Shown here: positions 18,331 through 27,592 of the stretch, one piece after another
Position numbering within the stretch: position 1 is the first letter of the stretch
How the letters are laid out: each line of letters begins with the position of its first letter
Origin: Candidatus Micrarchaeota archaeon UBA95
Lineage (GTDB): Archaea > Micrarchaeota > Micrarchaeia > Norongarragalinales > Norongarragalinaceae
Direction of reading: 5' to 3'
DNA: 52,844 nt
Assembly (NCBI GenBank): GCA_002499405.1
Contig: DALH01000012.1
Location: 1-52,844 of the forward strand
Translations under genes and position numbers: made by a program
Notes under the pieces: generated by a model
Told to the model about the DNA's origin: nothing
What the model saw: the letters and a program-made list of their open reading frames with translations, nothing else
Databases searched by the model: none

Positions 18331-18400
18331 GCTTTGATGAAGAAAAAACTAACTTGTTTCTTTTTCATTAAAGTTTTTCTTTTTGAAAGAAAAAGTTTAG

Positions 18401-18474
18401 TGGACTGGACGGGATTTGAACCCGCGGCCTCGTGCTTGCGAAGCACGCGATCTACCAGTCTGATCTACCAGCCC
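18401..18474 (-). tRNA. tRNA-Ala (anticodon CGC), no intron, CCA not encoded
   Basis: Hand fold of the reverse complement: GGGCTGG-TA-GATC-AGACTGGTA-GATC-G-CGTGC-TTCGCAA-GCACG-AGGCC-GCGGG-TTCAAAT-CCCGT-CCAGTCC-A. All four stems pair. The G3:U70 alanine identity pair and discriminator A73 are present. Confidence 0.95.
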
Positions 18475-18517
18475 ATCATTAACCCCTTAACGGGGAACTT
18501 ATTTGGGTTGCGTTGGT

Positions 18518-19186
18518 TTAAAACAATTGCTCGTATTCGTCCAACTCGCGGTGGGTGATGCTGCACCCCGCATGCCGCAAGGCGTGCATTGCGGCGCGCG
18601 CCGCCTCCGCTTCGTCCACGCCGTAATCGCGGTAAAACCCTTGTTCGGCGGCCACTGCTATCACTTCCGTGGAGCGTATGACGGGGTAGTAAGCGTTTTT
18701 GCGGAAGGCGCGCAGGTGCTTCTGGTTGACGTAGACCTTGTTTTTTTGCTCCCCTTGGATTGACTCAAGCAGGAGGTTCGGGTTTTCGACGAGGAGGCGC
18801 GTGGTCTTCTCGTCCACGAGGAGGGCGGCGGCGTTCACGCTTGACGCCAAGGCCAGGCACTCCAGTTCGCCTTGGTGCAGGATTTTGAGGGGTCTGCGGC
18901 CGACCTTGAAGACGTTGTTGGCGAGGGAATCCAGTCTCCGGGTCTCCTTGCGCAGGTTGGGCGGGGAAACCGTGCGCAGGGTTCCCGCGTTTATGAGGCG
19001 CCGCATGCGCAGCGCCGAAAACCAATAGTGTTTGATGTGCAACGGCGATTCAATGAGCTCTTTTTGCACGGCGGGCGGGATGATGAACGCCGTGCCCGCG
19101 TTGTCCTTCAAGTATTGCAAGGCGTTGATGTTGCACGTCTCGCTCAAGGAGATTACGGAGGATGCGTCGCAGATTACGGTGGTCAA
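18518..19186 (-). CDS. PIN-domain-like nucleic-acid-binding protein (DUF3368/COG2405-like) with C-terminal extension
   Basis: Acidic residues sit at PIN-like positions (VICDAS, QKELIE, GELECLALA, LLVDEKTTR). The TTG start overlaps the upstream stop (TTGA). Confidence 0.45.
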   Translation of the reverse strand: MTTVICDASSVISLSETCNINALQYLKDNAGTAFIIPPAVQKELIESPLHIKHYWFSALRMRRLINAGTLRTVSPPNLRKETRRLDSLANNVFKVGRRPLKILHQGELECLALASSVNAAALLVDEKTTRLLVENPNLLLESIQGEQKNKVYVNQKHLRAFRKNAYYPVIRSTEVIAVAAEQGFYRDYGVDEAEAARAAMHALRHAGCSITHRELDEYEQLF

Positions 19187-19725
19187 CCCGTCAACGCCTC
19201 CCTCGCGCGCTTCAAACGCTTTTCAAGCGCGCCGTTGGAATACTTTTCGGGTATGCGGGTCGCGCCCACGTAATCCGCTATCTCGTTTTTGGGTGCGCCG
19301 GACAAATCGGCGGCGGAGCCGAGGGACGCCCCTTTCGCGTATATGTTGGCTCCCGCCTTTATGCGCGCCTTGTCCAGCGTGTTCAACACGAACCTGCCAA
19401 AAGAGTTGCTCAACTCTTCCACGCTTGCAACGAGTTCGCGGATTTTACTGCGCAGGGGCGCCCGAGGTTTTTGCGAGGAAAGTTCTATCGCGGTTTTCAG
19501 GCCCGCCTCGATTTTTTCGGTAAAACCCTTCCACGCGGGATTGTTGACTATGTAAGGCTTGTCGCAGAACTTGGCGAGGGAATAGGCGAGCACGGATAAT
19601 TCAACGAGGTCGCGGTCCTGCTCCAAAAACGCGCGCTGCGAGAATTCGCTTGAAAGGTCCTTCAACTCGGGTATGTTGCGCCCTAAAAACGCTTTCTCCA
19701 GTTGTTCCAAGGCGGGGTCGGCCAT
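19183..19725 (-). CDS. hypothetical alpha-helical protein, translationally coupled to the PIN-like gene
   Basis: 180-aa ORF with protein-like composition. I recognised no motif. Confidence 0.5.
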   Translation of the reverse strand: MADPALEQLEKAFLGRNIPELKDLSSEFSQRAFLEQDRDLVELSVLAYSLAKFCDKPYIVNNPAWKGFTEKIEAGLKTAIELSSQKPRAPLRSKIRELVASVEELSNSFGRFVLNTLDKARIKAGANIYAKGASLGSAADLSGAPKNEIADYVGATRIPEKYSNGALEKRLKRAREALTG

Positions 19726-19758
19726 ACGAATAAGGTTAACGCAATTGAATTAAAAAAG

Positions 19759-20574
19759 TTAGCGGCGTTTCTTCGGCGCCAAGGCCTTTAACCGTTTTCC
19801 GGCCGCGAGGACGGCGTTGCGCGCGTCTTCAGGGTTTGACTCGCTTAATTTCTTCAATGAATTCTTGAGGGGAATGAAGATCCGGTCGTGCCTCGCCGGG
19901 TCAAGGACAATGGAAATGTGTTCCAACGTAGACTCAATGCTTTTCCTAGCCGACTCGGCCGAAGGTCGTTCTTTGGATAACTCGGAGTGCGCCGCGCGCA
20001 GGTGGTCCAGGGCGGCGTGAATCCTCAAGGCCGCCTCCCTCTGCCTCAAGCGCGGAATCACCGTGTTTTCCACGACGCTCACTTCTTTGCCCAGATGCAG
20101 GGGGATGACCGCCAGGCAGGCCTGGGCGGCCGGCCAGTTGCCTGGTTTCAGCAGGTCCACGGCGCCCAACTTGAATTCGCCGGCTTCCTTGCCTTCGTGA
20201 CCCGCCAGCAATCCCTTGGCGCGCACCTTCAACTCCTTCCTCTTTCTTTCAAGGGTTCCAAGGTGTTTCTTCAACTCTTTGAGGTAGGGCATGCGCTTCT
20301 TGAGAGTTGACCCCCTGCCGAGGCCTTCAATCTCGCGGTGAATCCCTAAAATCTTGTTGACCAGTTCGTTGACTTCTTCAACGCTTTTTTCCTCGCTTTC
20401 CCGGGCGTGAGCCATTCCGCGCACGGCTTCGTCCATACTGTTGAATTCCTGTAACACAAGCATCCTCTTGTTGGGCGCGTACCAGGAGCCGATGCGGACC
20501 CTTACCTTGCCGCGGCCCAAAAGCGAGACACCCATTTCCTCTAGGGAAGGCATGTCTTCAACCCTTTCAGCCAT
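19759..20574 (-). CDS. hypothetical helical / coiled-coil-like protein
   Basis: I prefer the ATG at 20574 (MAERVEDMPSLEE) to the start of the longer ORF at 20652. Rich in K/E/R heptad-like stretches. Confidence 0.5.
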   Translation of the reverse strand: MAERVEDMPSLEEMGVSLLGRGKVRVRIGSWYAPNKRMLVLQEFNSMDEAVRGMAHARESEEKSVEEVNELVNKILGIHREIEGLGRGSTLKKRMPYLKELKKHLGTLERKRKELKVRAKGLLAGHEGKEAGEFKLGAVDLLKPGNWPAAQACLAVIPLHLGKEVSVVENTVIPRLRQREAALRIHAALDHLRAAHSELSKERPSAESARKSIESTLEHISIVLDPARHDRIFIPLKNSLKKLSESNPEDARNAVLAAGKRLKALAPKKRR

Positions 20575-20878
20575 GAACGATTCTTGCAATTCAACATTAA
20601 AAATACAATCGGAACGCCGGAAGCACCGGAAGGCAGGGGCTGGAACCCGCATTTAAACAAGGGAAAACAAGAAGGAGTGCCCCCGAAAGGGCAAAGGAAA
20701 GAGGTGTTCAAGAAAATGAGGATTGACGTAACCAAACTGTCTTACAACGAGCTGACCGCCGCGTTCGCCACCGCGCCCTTTGAAGTCAGACAACTCGGCA
20801 GGGTAGGTGCCCGCGTGGTGTTGGATTGCACCCCCGTCTAATTCTTTTTATTTTTAATTCCCCTTCTATTTTGGACCC

Positions 20879-23800
20879 ATGTTCGTTGACCGCATAGAAT
20901 TAAGGAACTTCAAGTCGTTTCGCGACGCCAAGATAAAGCTAGTCAACGGCGTTTCCTGCGTTATCGGGCCGAACGGCTCCGGCAAGTGCGTGCGCGGCGA
21001 CTCGCTGGTTTGGCTCGCGAGCGGCGAAACCAAGACGATTGAGGAACTCGTTGAAACGGCGTTGGAGAACGGCTCAAACGCCGAAATGGATGACGGCACT
21101 CTGACCTTGGACAACCCGCTCGGCATAAGCGTTTGGTCGCTGAACCCGGAAACGCTTCAAATGGAAGAGAAGATGGTTCAAGCATTCGTCAAACGCTCCT
21201 CCCCAAATGAGTTGTACGAGGTAACCACGCGTACCGGCAATAAAATCGTTGCAACCGGCTACCACCCACTAATGACCCTTCAAGACGGGAAATTAGCGGC
21301 GCTCAAAGCCGAAGAATTACGGGAAGGAACCTTCATTGCCGCGCCGCGAAGAATGGAATTCAGGGGAAGGGATTACTCGCCGCTAAGAGAACTGATTGAA
21401 TGGAGGACGGGTTTATACGTTGAAGCAAAACCCTTGGAAAAAAGGATGAGGCGCGTCAAAAACGAAAAAGGCAGGACTTGGAAGCAGTTAGCCGAAGATG
21501 CGGGCGTGCCGCTCAACGCGGTCAAAGGATTGCTGGACGGCCAGTCAATAGAGGTATACCACGCAAACAAGCTTGCCCGCATCGCCGGGTTAAGTGAAAC
21601 CGAAAAAAAGGAGTTATTCAAGGACGTGCATTCAAGAAACAGCCGCAAAAAAACCCGCATCCCAACGGAGTTGACGCCCGAACTCGCGCGCTTCCTTGGT
21701 TACGTAGTCAGTGAAGGTCGAGTAGTTGAAAACGAGGTTTTCTTCTACAACTCAGACGAAAACTTGTTGAAAGACTTTGAAAACGTTGCAAGGAAGACGT
21801 TCAACTGCACCGTAACGCGTTGCAACTACAAAGGCAAGGAATTCGTCGTAGTGCCGTCAAAAACGGTTTACAAAATTTTGGAAAAATGTTTCGGCTTCAA
21901 GAAAAACCAGCACTCGCGTGAAAAAACAATTTCCAAAAACCTTGAAAACGCCGAAACCCACGTCATCGCCGAATTCTTGTCAGCGCTCTACGACGGCGAC
22001 GGAACAATTCACGGCTCGCAAGTAAGTTATTGCACGGCAAGCGAAGCGTTGGCCCAAGGAATCAAGCGCTTGCTCCTGCGCACGGGGGTGACCGCCAGCC
22101 TAAAGCCCTGCCTAAAATGCGCAACCAACACGGATAAAAAAATCAAACGAAAATACTACCGCGTAACCGCTTACGGAAAGGAGAACGCGGCAAAACTCGC
22201 TGGACACCTGAAACTGTTGTCAAAAGAAAAGCACAAACGACTGTTAAAACTTGCACTAAGAAAAAAAACGTGCAAGGCAACAGACCTTGTACCGGGCGTA
22301 AACAAAGAGATAAGAAATTATTTAAAGAACAACGGTTTCTCCGACAGAAAACTCAAAAAAATAAAGCCGGGCAGGATACGCGCCTACTACGAAAACCGTT
22401 GCCTGCCAACACGCGCCGGCTTGAAAGCCGTTGCAAGATTATTGAACGGCGTTGGCGCGGTTACGGAAGCGGAAGAAGTCAGCTGCCTCGCGGAATCGGG
22501 TGTTTACTGGGACAAAGTAACCTCAATAAAAAAAGTTGACGGCGAACAATGGGTTTACGACTTGTGCGTTGAAGGCAACCACAACTTTTTATGCGAAGGG
22601 CTTTTCGTACACAACAGCAACGTCGTTGACGCGTTGATGTTCGCTTTCGGCGAGTCCCGCCTGCGCAGCATGCGCGTCAAGAAGTCAACGGACCTCATAT
22701 TCCACAACGCCAAAGCCGGCGAAGCCGTGGTGGAGTTCCGCGAAGGCGACAAAACCCATCCGGTGAAACGCGCGTTGAAACGCGACGGCAAGACGCGTTA
22801 CCTGCTGGACGGCAAGCGCGTGAAGAAATACGTGATAGACGAGTTCCTCGCCAAGCACAACATCTCCATGAACAACGTCATCAAGCAGGGCGAAGTCCAG
22901 CGCATAGTGGAGATGAGCGGCAATGAGCGCCGCGAACTCATTGATTTCGTGGCCAACATAAGCGAGTACGAGGAAAAGAAGGAGGAAGCGCTGAAGGAAC
23001 TGGCGAAGGTGGAGGCAACCCTCAAGGAAGCGCGACTCGTGTTAAGCGACAAGGAAGGCTTTCTCGCCGAACTGAAAGCGGAGAAGGAGGCCGCCGAAAA
23101 ATACGTGGCTTACGACAAGGAGTTCAAGGAATGCCGCGCCACAACGGCCGAAACCGACGCCGCGGCGCTGGAAAAAGAATTCAAGGAATTAATCGAGAAG
23201 GCGGGCAAGGCCGACGAACAGGAAAACGCGTTGAAGGCGCGCCTCAAGGAAGTGGAGGCGGCTCTTGAAAAAACGGACCGGGAAAAGGACGAGGTAAACG
23301 GGGAGATAACGGAGCGCAGCCGGGGCCGCAACCTGGAAGTGCAACGCGAGATGCAGGAATACTTCAACGCGTTGGAGCGCGCCAAAGCCGTGATTGAAGA
23401 CAAGCGGGAGGTGCGCAAGCGGCTGGAGGAACGCCTCCGCGATAAAAACGTGGAGGTCACGCGGGCCGGAGGCGAACTGCAAGGCGTTGAACGGCTGTTG
23501 AAGACCGCGGAAGAAGAACTGGAAAGCATCAGCAAAATTCTTGACTCGGAAGAAGGGAAGCTGAACGCGTTGCAGTCCAAGGAGAAAACTTTTTCCCAGG
23601 AATTTCTGGACGCCAAGAAGACGATTCAGGAATGCGAGGAGGGAATGGCGAGGGCGCGGGAGCGCCTCGGCGAACTCCAAGGCGAACTCGCGGCCCTGCA
23701 GGCAACGAGGCAAGCAAAGGAAAAGGAGTTGGAGCGGCTGCGGCGCGGGGTTGCCGGAGAGGACTTCGAACAACAGAAAAAGGAGTTGGAGCGCCTTGAA

Positions 23801-26008
23801 AACGCGGCCCAAAAAGAATTGGGTGCGATTGACAGGCGCGGAAACGCGTTGTTTGAACGCGAAAACAAGTTGAACCAGCGCAACGCGGAAATTGAAGAAA
23901 AATTGTTGGAGGCGAAGGAAAAGGTCTCCGAACACAGGGGGCGTTTGCAGCACGCGGGCACCAAAGGCCTGTCCGAAGCGCAGGCGGCGCAGGAACTCAA
24001 GGAAAACGTCGAAGGCGTTTACGGCACCGTGCGCGAGTTGTGCTCATTTCCCGAGGAATACGCGGTTCCCGTTGCGGTCGCCCTCGCGAACCGGCTCGGC
24101 TTCATCGTCGTCGCGGACGTGGACGCAGCCGGAAAGGCAATAGACTACTTAAAGCGCAACGACCTCGGCCGCCTCTCCTTCATCCCACTCAACAAAATCA
24201 AGGCGCGGCCCCTGAACGCCGAGGAGAAGGCGCTGGCGAAAAAGCCGGGCGCAATCAGGCACCTCATAGACCTGCTGAAATACGATTCAACCCACGAAAA
24301 AGCCATGCAATACGCGTGCGGCAACACCCTCCTCATGGAGTCGTTCGACGACGCGAAAAAACTCGTGCGCAAGGCGCGCCTGGTAACGCTCAAAGGCGAG
24401 CTACTGGAGTCCAGCGGCCTGGTCACCGGCGGAAAACGGTCCGGAAAGGCGGAGGACGCGTTCGCGGAAAAGGCGGCCCTTGACAAGTGGTCAAAGCAGG
24501 TTGAAAGAACCGCGGCCGAACGCGAAGCCGCGATGCAGTCGTTGCAGGCGCTGCGCGACGAAGTCAACGCCTTCAGGAAGGACCGCACCCAAGCCGAAGT
24601 GGCCTTGAAGGAAGTGCAAATCAGGAAGCAGAACCGGTTGGACCGCGAGAAGTCTTGGCTCTCTCAAAACGCGGACGTTGAAAAGGCGTGCAACGACTTG
24701 AAGAAGGAGGCAAAGGCGTGCGAAAGCCAAGCCGAAGAAAAGGGGGGTGAAAAAAGCGCGCTCATCAGGAGGATGTCCGAACTCAACGTCAAACTCCTGA
24801 ACGCGAAGCAAAAAGTGGACGTTGAAGCCGAACAAAAATTCGGCAACCTGTTAAAGGAAAAACAGCACCAGGTCGGGGAACTCAAAATCGCCTTGAAACA
24901 GCGCGAAGTCGAAGCCGACTCCCAGAAAACCAAGAAAAAGGTTTTGGAGGGGCAACTCGCGTCGTTGAAGAGGCAGTTGGACGACTTCAAAGCCGAAGAC
25001 GATGACGCGAGGAAGGCGATGGACGCGGCGGACGAAACCATAAAGGACTCGCGCAAGCAAATCTCCGCGTTGAAGGAAGAACAAAAGGAGTTGAGCAAGG
25101 GCTTCGAGGAACTGGTGGACAAGCGCGAAGCGCTCGCAAAAAAAGCCGAGAAACTGGAGGGGAACCGGGCGCATGCCAGGAACGAGTTGGACGACTTGGA
25201 CACGGGGCGCCGGAGCACGGACGCGCGAAAGGTGCAGGTGGAAACCCGGTTGGCGGACGCAAAGGCGCGCCTCGCCGAATTCGCGGGCGTGAAATGCCTC
25301 CAGGGAAAGACGCGGGTGTGGCTGATTTCGCGCGCGAACGAGTTGGATGACCTGATAAAGGAGATGGGCGCGGTCAACCTGCGCGCAATAGAAACCTATT
25401 CCCACAAGGCGGCCGACCTGGAGAAGCAGCAGGAACGCGTGGGCATACTCGAAAAGGAGAGGACCGCCGTGATGGCGATAATGGAGGCAATAGACCGCAA
25501 GAAGACGGCAACATTCATGAAGGCATTCGACGAAGTCAACGACTCCTTCCAAAAACTGTTCTCAAAGATTTTCACGGGCAACGGCATGCTTTACCTGGAA
25601 AACCCGGACAACCCGCTGGACGGCGGGCTCACCATCCAGGTGGAGTTGACGAACAAGGAAGTAATGTATTTGGAGTTGATGAGCGGCGGGGAAAAATCCT
25701 TGATCGCACTGCTCTTCCTGTTCGCCATACAATCCGCAAACCCGTCCTCCGTGTACATACTTGACGAGGCGGACGCGGCGCTGGACCAGGAGAACTCGCG
25801 CAAACTCGCCGCACTCCTCAAGGCGTTGAGCCGGGAAAGCCAGTTCATCGTCGTCACCCACAACGAAAACGTTTACAAGGCCGCGGACTGCCTGATAGGC
25901 GTTGCAATGCACGGCAGGCAGGGAAGCAAGGTCGTGGAAGTCAACCTGAACGACGCCAAAAAACTCGTCAACGAGGGGGCGGGAGAAAAAGAAAAATCAG
26001 TTAAATGA
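20879..26008 (+). CDS. smc: SMC chromosome-segregation ATPase, interrupted by an intein in the Walker A loop
   Basis: The Walker A motif GPNGSGK|...|SN is split by the intein. Long coiled coils and a hinge follow, then signature LMSGGEKSL and Walker B VYILDEADAALD. The extein sum is 1166 aa. Confidence 0.92.
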   Translation: MFVDRIELRNFKSFRDAKIKLVNGVSCVIGPNGSGKCVRGDSLVWLASGETKTIEELVETALENGSNAEMDDGTLTLDNPLGISVWSLNPETLQMEEKMVQAFVKRSSPNELYEVTTRTGNKIVATGYHPLMTLQDGKLAALKAEELREGTFIAAPRRMEFRGRDYSPLRELIEWRTGLYVEAKPLEKRMRRVKNEKGRTWKQLAEDAGVPLNAVKGLLDGQSIEVYHANKLARIAGLSETEKKELFKDVHSRNSRKKTRIPTELTPELARFLGYVVSEGRVVENEVFFYNSDENLLKDFENVARKTFNCTVTRCNYKGKEFVVVPSKTVYKILEKCFGFKKNQHSREKTISKNLENAETHVIAEFLSALYDGDGTIHGSQVSYCTASEALAQGIKRLLLRTGVTASLKPCLKCATNTDKKIKRKYYRVTAYGKENAAKLAGHLKLLSKEKHKRLLKLALRKKTCKATDLVPGVNKEIRNYLKNNGFSDRKLKKIKPGRIRAYYENRCLPTRAGLKAVARLLNGVGAVTEAEEVSCLAESGVYWDKVTSIKKVDGEQWVYDLCVEGNHNFLCEGLFVHNSNVVDALMFAFGESRLRSMRVKKSTDLIFHNAKAGEAVVEFREGDKTHPVKRALKRDGKTRYLLDGKRVKKYVIDEFLAKHNISMNNVIKQGEVQRIVEMSGNERRELIDFVANISEYEEKKEEALKELAKVEATLKEARLVLSDKEGFLAELKAEKEAAEKYVAYDKEFKECRATTAETDAAALEKEFKELIEKAGKADEQENALKARLKEVEAALEKTDREKDEVNGEITERSRGRNLEVQREMQEYFNALERAKAVIEDKREVRKRLEERLRDKNVEVTRAGGELQGVERLLKTAEEELESISKILDSEEGKLNALQSKEKTFSQEFLDAKKTIQECEEGMARARERLGELQGELAALQATRQAKEKELERLRRGVAGEDFEQQKKELERLENAAQKELGAIDRRGNALFERENKLNQRNAEIEEKLLEAKEKVSEHRGRLQHAGTKGLSEAQAAQELKENVEGVYGTVRELCSFPEEYAVPVAVALANRLGFIVVADVDAAGKAIDYLKRNDLGRLSFIPLNKIKARPLNAEEKALAKKPGAIRHLIDLLKYDSTHEKAMQYACGNTLLMESFDDAKKLVRKARLVTLKGELLESSGLVTGGKRSGKAEDAFAEKAALDKWSKQVERTAAEREAAMQSLQALRDEVNAFRKDRTQAEVALKEVQIRKQNRLDREKSWLSQNADVEKACNDLKKEAKACESQAEEKGGEKSALIRRMSELNVKLLNAKQKVDVEAEQKFGNLLKEKQHQVGELKIALKQREVEADSQKTKKKVLEGQLASLKRQLDDFKAEDDDARKAMDAADETIKDSRKQISALKEEQKELSKGFEELVDKREALAKKAEKLEGNRAHARNELDDLDTGRRSTDARKVQVETRLADAKARLAEFAGVKCLQGKTRVWLISRANELDDLIKEMGAVNLRAIETYSHKAADLEKQQERVGILEKERTAVMAIMEAIDRKKTATFMKAFDEVNDSFQKLFSKIFTGNGMLYLENPDNPLDGGLTIQVELTNKEVMYLELMSGGEKSLIALLFLFAIQSANPSSVYILDEADAALDQENSRKLAALLKALSRESQFIVVTHNENVYKAADCLIGVAMHGRQGSKVVEVNLNDAKKLVNEGAGEKEKSVK
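20987..22615 (+). mobile_element. SMC intein with LAGLIDADG homing-endonuclease domain (543 aa)
   Basis: Starts at Cys (CVRGDSLVWLASGE, block A). Block B is ATGYHPLMT. LAGLIDADG motifs are LARFLGYVVSEGR and IAEFLSALYDGDGT. It ends VYDLCVEGNHNFLCEGLFVHN, followed by the +1 Ser of GK-SN. Confidence 0.9.
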
Positions 26009-26176
26009 AATCGCTTTGACGGGGCACGCGGCCTCGCAGGCGCGGCACTCCACGCAGTCCTTGGGGCGCGCCACCCCGGACTTGTGGTCGTCCCCCAACT
26101 CCAAAACGTTCATGGGGCACTGCTTCACGCACGCCCCGCAACCAACGCACTTGTTCCCGTCTATTTTCGGCAGCAT
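25997..26176 (-). CDS. 2x[4Fe-4S] ferredoxin
   Basis: Two CxxCxxCxxxCP motifs (CVGCGACVKQCP and CVECRACEAACP). I chose the ATG at 26176. The 3' end overlaps the smc 3' end by 12 nt. Confidence 0.82.
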   Translation of the reverse strand: MLPKIDGNKCVGCGACVKQCPMNVLELGDDHKSGVARPKDCVECRACEAACPVKAISFN

Positions 26177-26247
26177 AAAAGAAAACACCCCGCACTTAAT
26201 TTGCACGGCTACGGTTTTAAACGGTTTCCGTCAAAATCATTAACGCA

Positions 26248-27162
26248 ATGAAAAAGAATTCTACGATAGCGGTCATCGGAAGCAAAGCCGAAGAGTTCTG
26301 CCGAGCCGCAGCCAAGAAAGGCGGCGAAACCGATTACCGGTTGTGGCACGCGTCATCCGCCGACAAGATAATCACCTTGTGCGAGCCGTTCAGGTGGCCC
26401 GAAAAAATGGTTTCACTGGCTTACTGCCTCAACCTGTCGCAACACGCCGTAATCGCGCAGGATTCACCCGACGCCGCGTTCGGCGAAGCCCTCGTAGCAC
26501 TCGACCTGCTGGGAATGAAGAGCGGGTGCTTCGCCACGGAGTACGGCCTTGAGGAATACGCGAAGGGCACGGCCGCGGAAAAATACGAGGTCAAGCCGTT
26601 CAACGAGGCAATCGAGTGGGCGAGGCAACGCGAAAGCAAGCCGGTCGACGGCCCCGCAAAAATAGTCGTGGACGAGTCGTTCAACGTGAAAGGCGTGGGG
26701 CAGGTCCTGCTCGGATTCGTAGAACGCGGCACCGTGCGCGTGCACGACAAACTCACGGCTTACCCGTCGAAAGCAGTAGGCAGAAGCGTGGAAGTGCGAA
26801 GCATTCAAGTGCAGGATGAAGACGTCGGCGAAGCCGGCTGCTTCAGCCGCGTCGGCTTGTGCTTCAAGGGCTCCACCACGGAAGAAATTTCACGCGGCAA
26901 GATGCTGAGCGCACAACCCATCCAAACCGCAATAGAACTGGAGTTGCGCGTGCAAAAGTCGCGTTACGCCAACAAGAAGGAATTCCCGCGGCACTTGCAC
27001 GCCTGCTTCGGCCTGCAAAGCGTCCCATGCGAAGCCGAATGGAGTGCGGACTCGGTGCGCCTGCGCTTCGGCGAGCCGGTGGCCTACGACGGAGAAAAAG
27101 CGTTGCTGTACGACTTGAACCGCGGGCTTCCCCGGGTTGTTGCGTCAGCCGAAAAGAATTGA
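26248..27162 (+). CDS. EF-Tu/EF-1alpha-like protein with a degenerate (P-loop-less) G domain and EF-Tu domain-2 beta-barrel
   Basis: IAVIGSKAEEF replaces the GxxxxGK[ST] P-loop. FNVKGVGQVLLGFVERGTVRVHDKL ... VEVRSIQVQDEDVGEAGCFSRVGLCFKG resembles the domain II barrel of translational GTPases. Confidence 0.55.
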   Translation: MKKNSTIAVIGSKAEEFCRAAAKKGGETDYRLWHASSADKIITLCEPFRWPEKMVSLAYCLNLSQHAVIAQDSPDAAFGEALVALDLLGMKSGCFATEYGLEEYAKGTAAEKYEVKPFNEAIEWARQRESKPVDGPAKIVVDESFNVKGVGQVLLGFVERGTVRVHDKLTAYPSKAVGRSVEVRSIQVQDEDVGEAGCFSRVGLCFKGSTTEEISRGKMLSAQPIQTAIELELRVQKSRYANKKEFPRHLHACFGLQSVPCEAEWSADSVRLRFGEPVAYDGEKALLYDLNRGLPRVVASAEKN

Positions 27163-27195
27163 ATCCCGGCCGCGCAACCCCGCCCCCAAAAAAGG

Positions 27196-27233
27196 AAAGA
27201 AGGCGGATACTGACGAATCACCCGCCTTTCTTT
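27196..27233. terminator. imperfect inverted repeat between convergent genes (possible bidirectional terminator)
   Basis: GAAAGAAGGCGG (27195..27206) pairs with CCGCCTTTCTTT (27222..27233) with a 1-nt bulge and a 15-nt loop. Confidence 0.3.
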
Positions 27234-27562
27234 GTTATGATGCTGCTAACCGAGTGACCGCGGTCCTCCAACGCGGCCACGAACTGGGACATGGTTTTTT
27301 TATAAAAGTGGTTTGGAGCAAAATCCGGGGCAAAAACAAAGAACCTTTTTCCATTATGAAGAACGGCGATGACTGATTTATTCGAACGACCCAGGTAAAC
27401 GGAGTGAAACAGGCCGCGGCCACCAAACGCTATCTTCCCGGTCTCAAGTGCTTCCGCGAAATACTCCTTCGTAAAACATATCAACTTCAAACCGAGTTGA
27501 CGGGTTACCTCGCGCAAATCGGAACGCGCTTTTTGAAGACAAACTTCTTCCGGCGCAGGCAT
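27218..27562 (-). CDS. hypothetical protein (114 aa)
   Basis: The ORF fills the gap upstream of guaAA on the same strand. I recognised no motif. Confidence 0.45.
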   Translation of the reverse strand: MPAPEEVCLQKARSDLREVTRQLGLKLICFTKEYFAEALETGKIAFGGRGLFHSVYLGRSNKSVIAVLHNGKRFFVFAPDFAPNHFYKKTMSQFVAALEDRGHSVSSIITKKGG

Positions 27563-27592
27563 GACACTATTTGGGGAAATTCAAAGAAAAAG

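Noticed and set aside
18334-18558. The 74-aa + strand ORF spanning the tRNA-Ala locus.
   Set aside because: It overlaps the well-folded tRNA gene on the opposite strand and consists of poly-K/F low-complexity sequence from the A/T-rich hairpin region.
20584-20841. An 85-aa ORF upstream of smc, with a possible real 41-aa core from ATG 20716 (MRIDVTKLSYNELTAAFATAPFEVRQLGRVGARVVLDCTPV) preceded by GGAAAGAGGTG.
   Set aside because: It is too short and without any recognisable motif to call. I left it unannotated, but it could be a genuine small protein, and ribosome profiling or conservation would decide.
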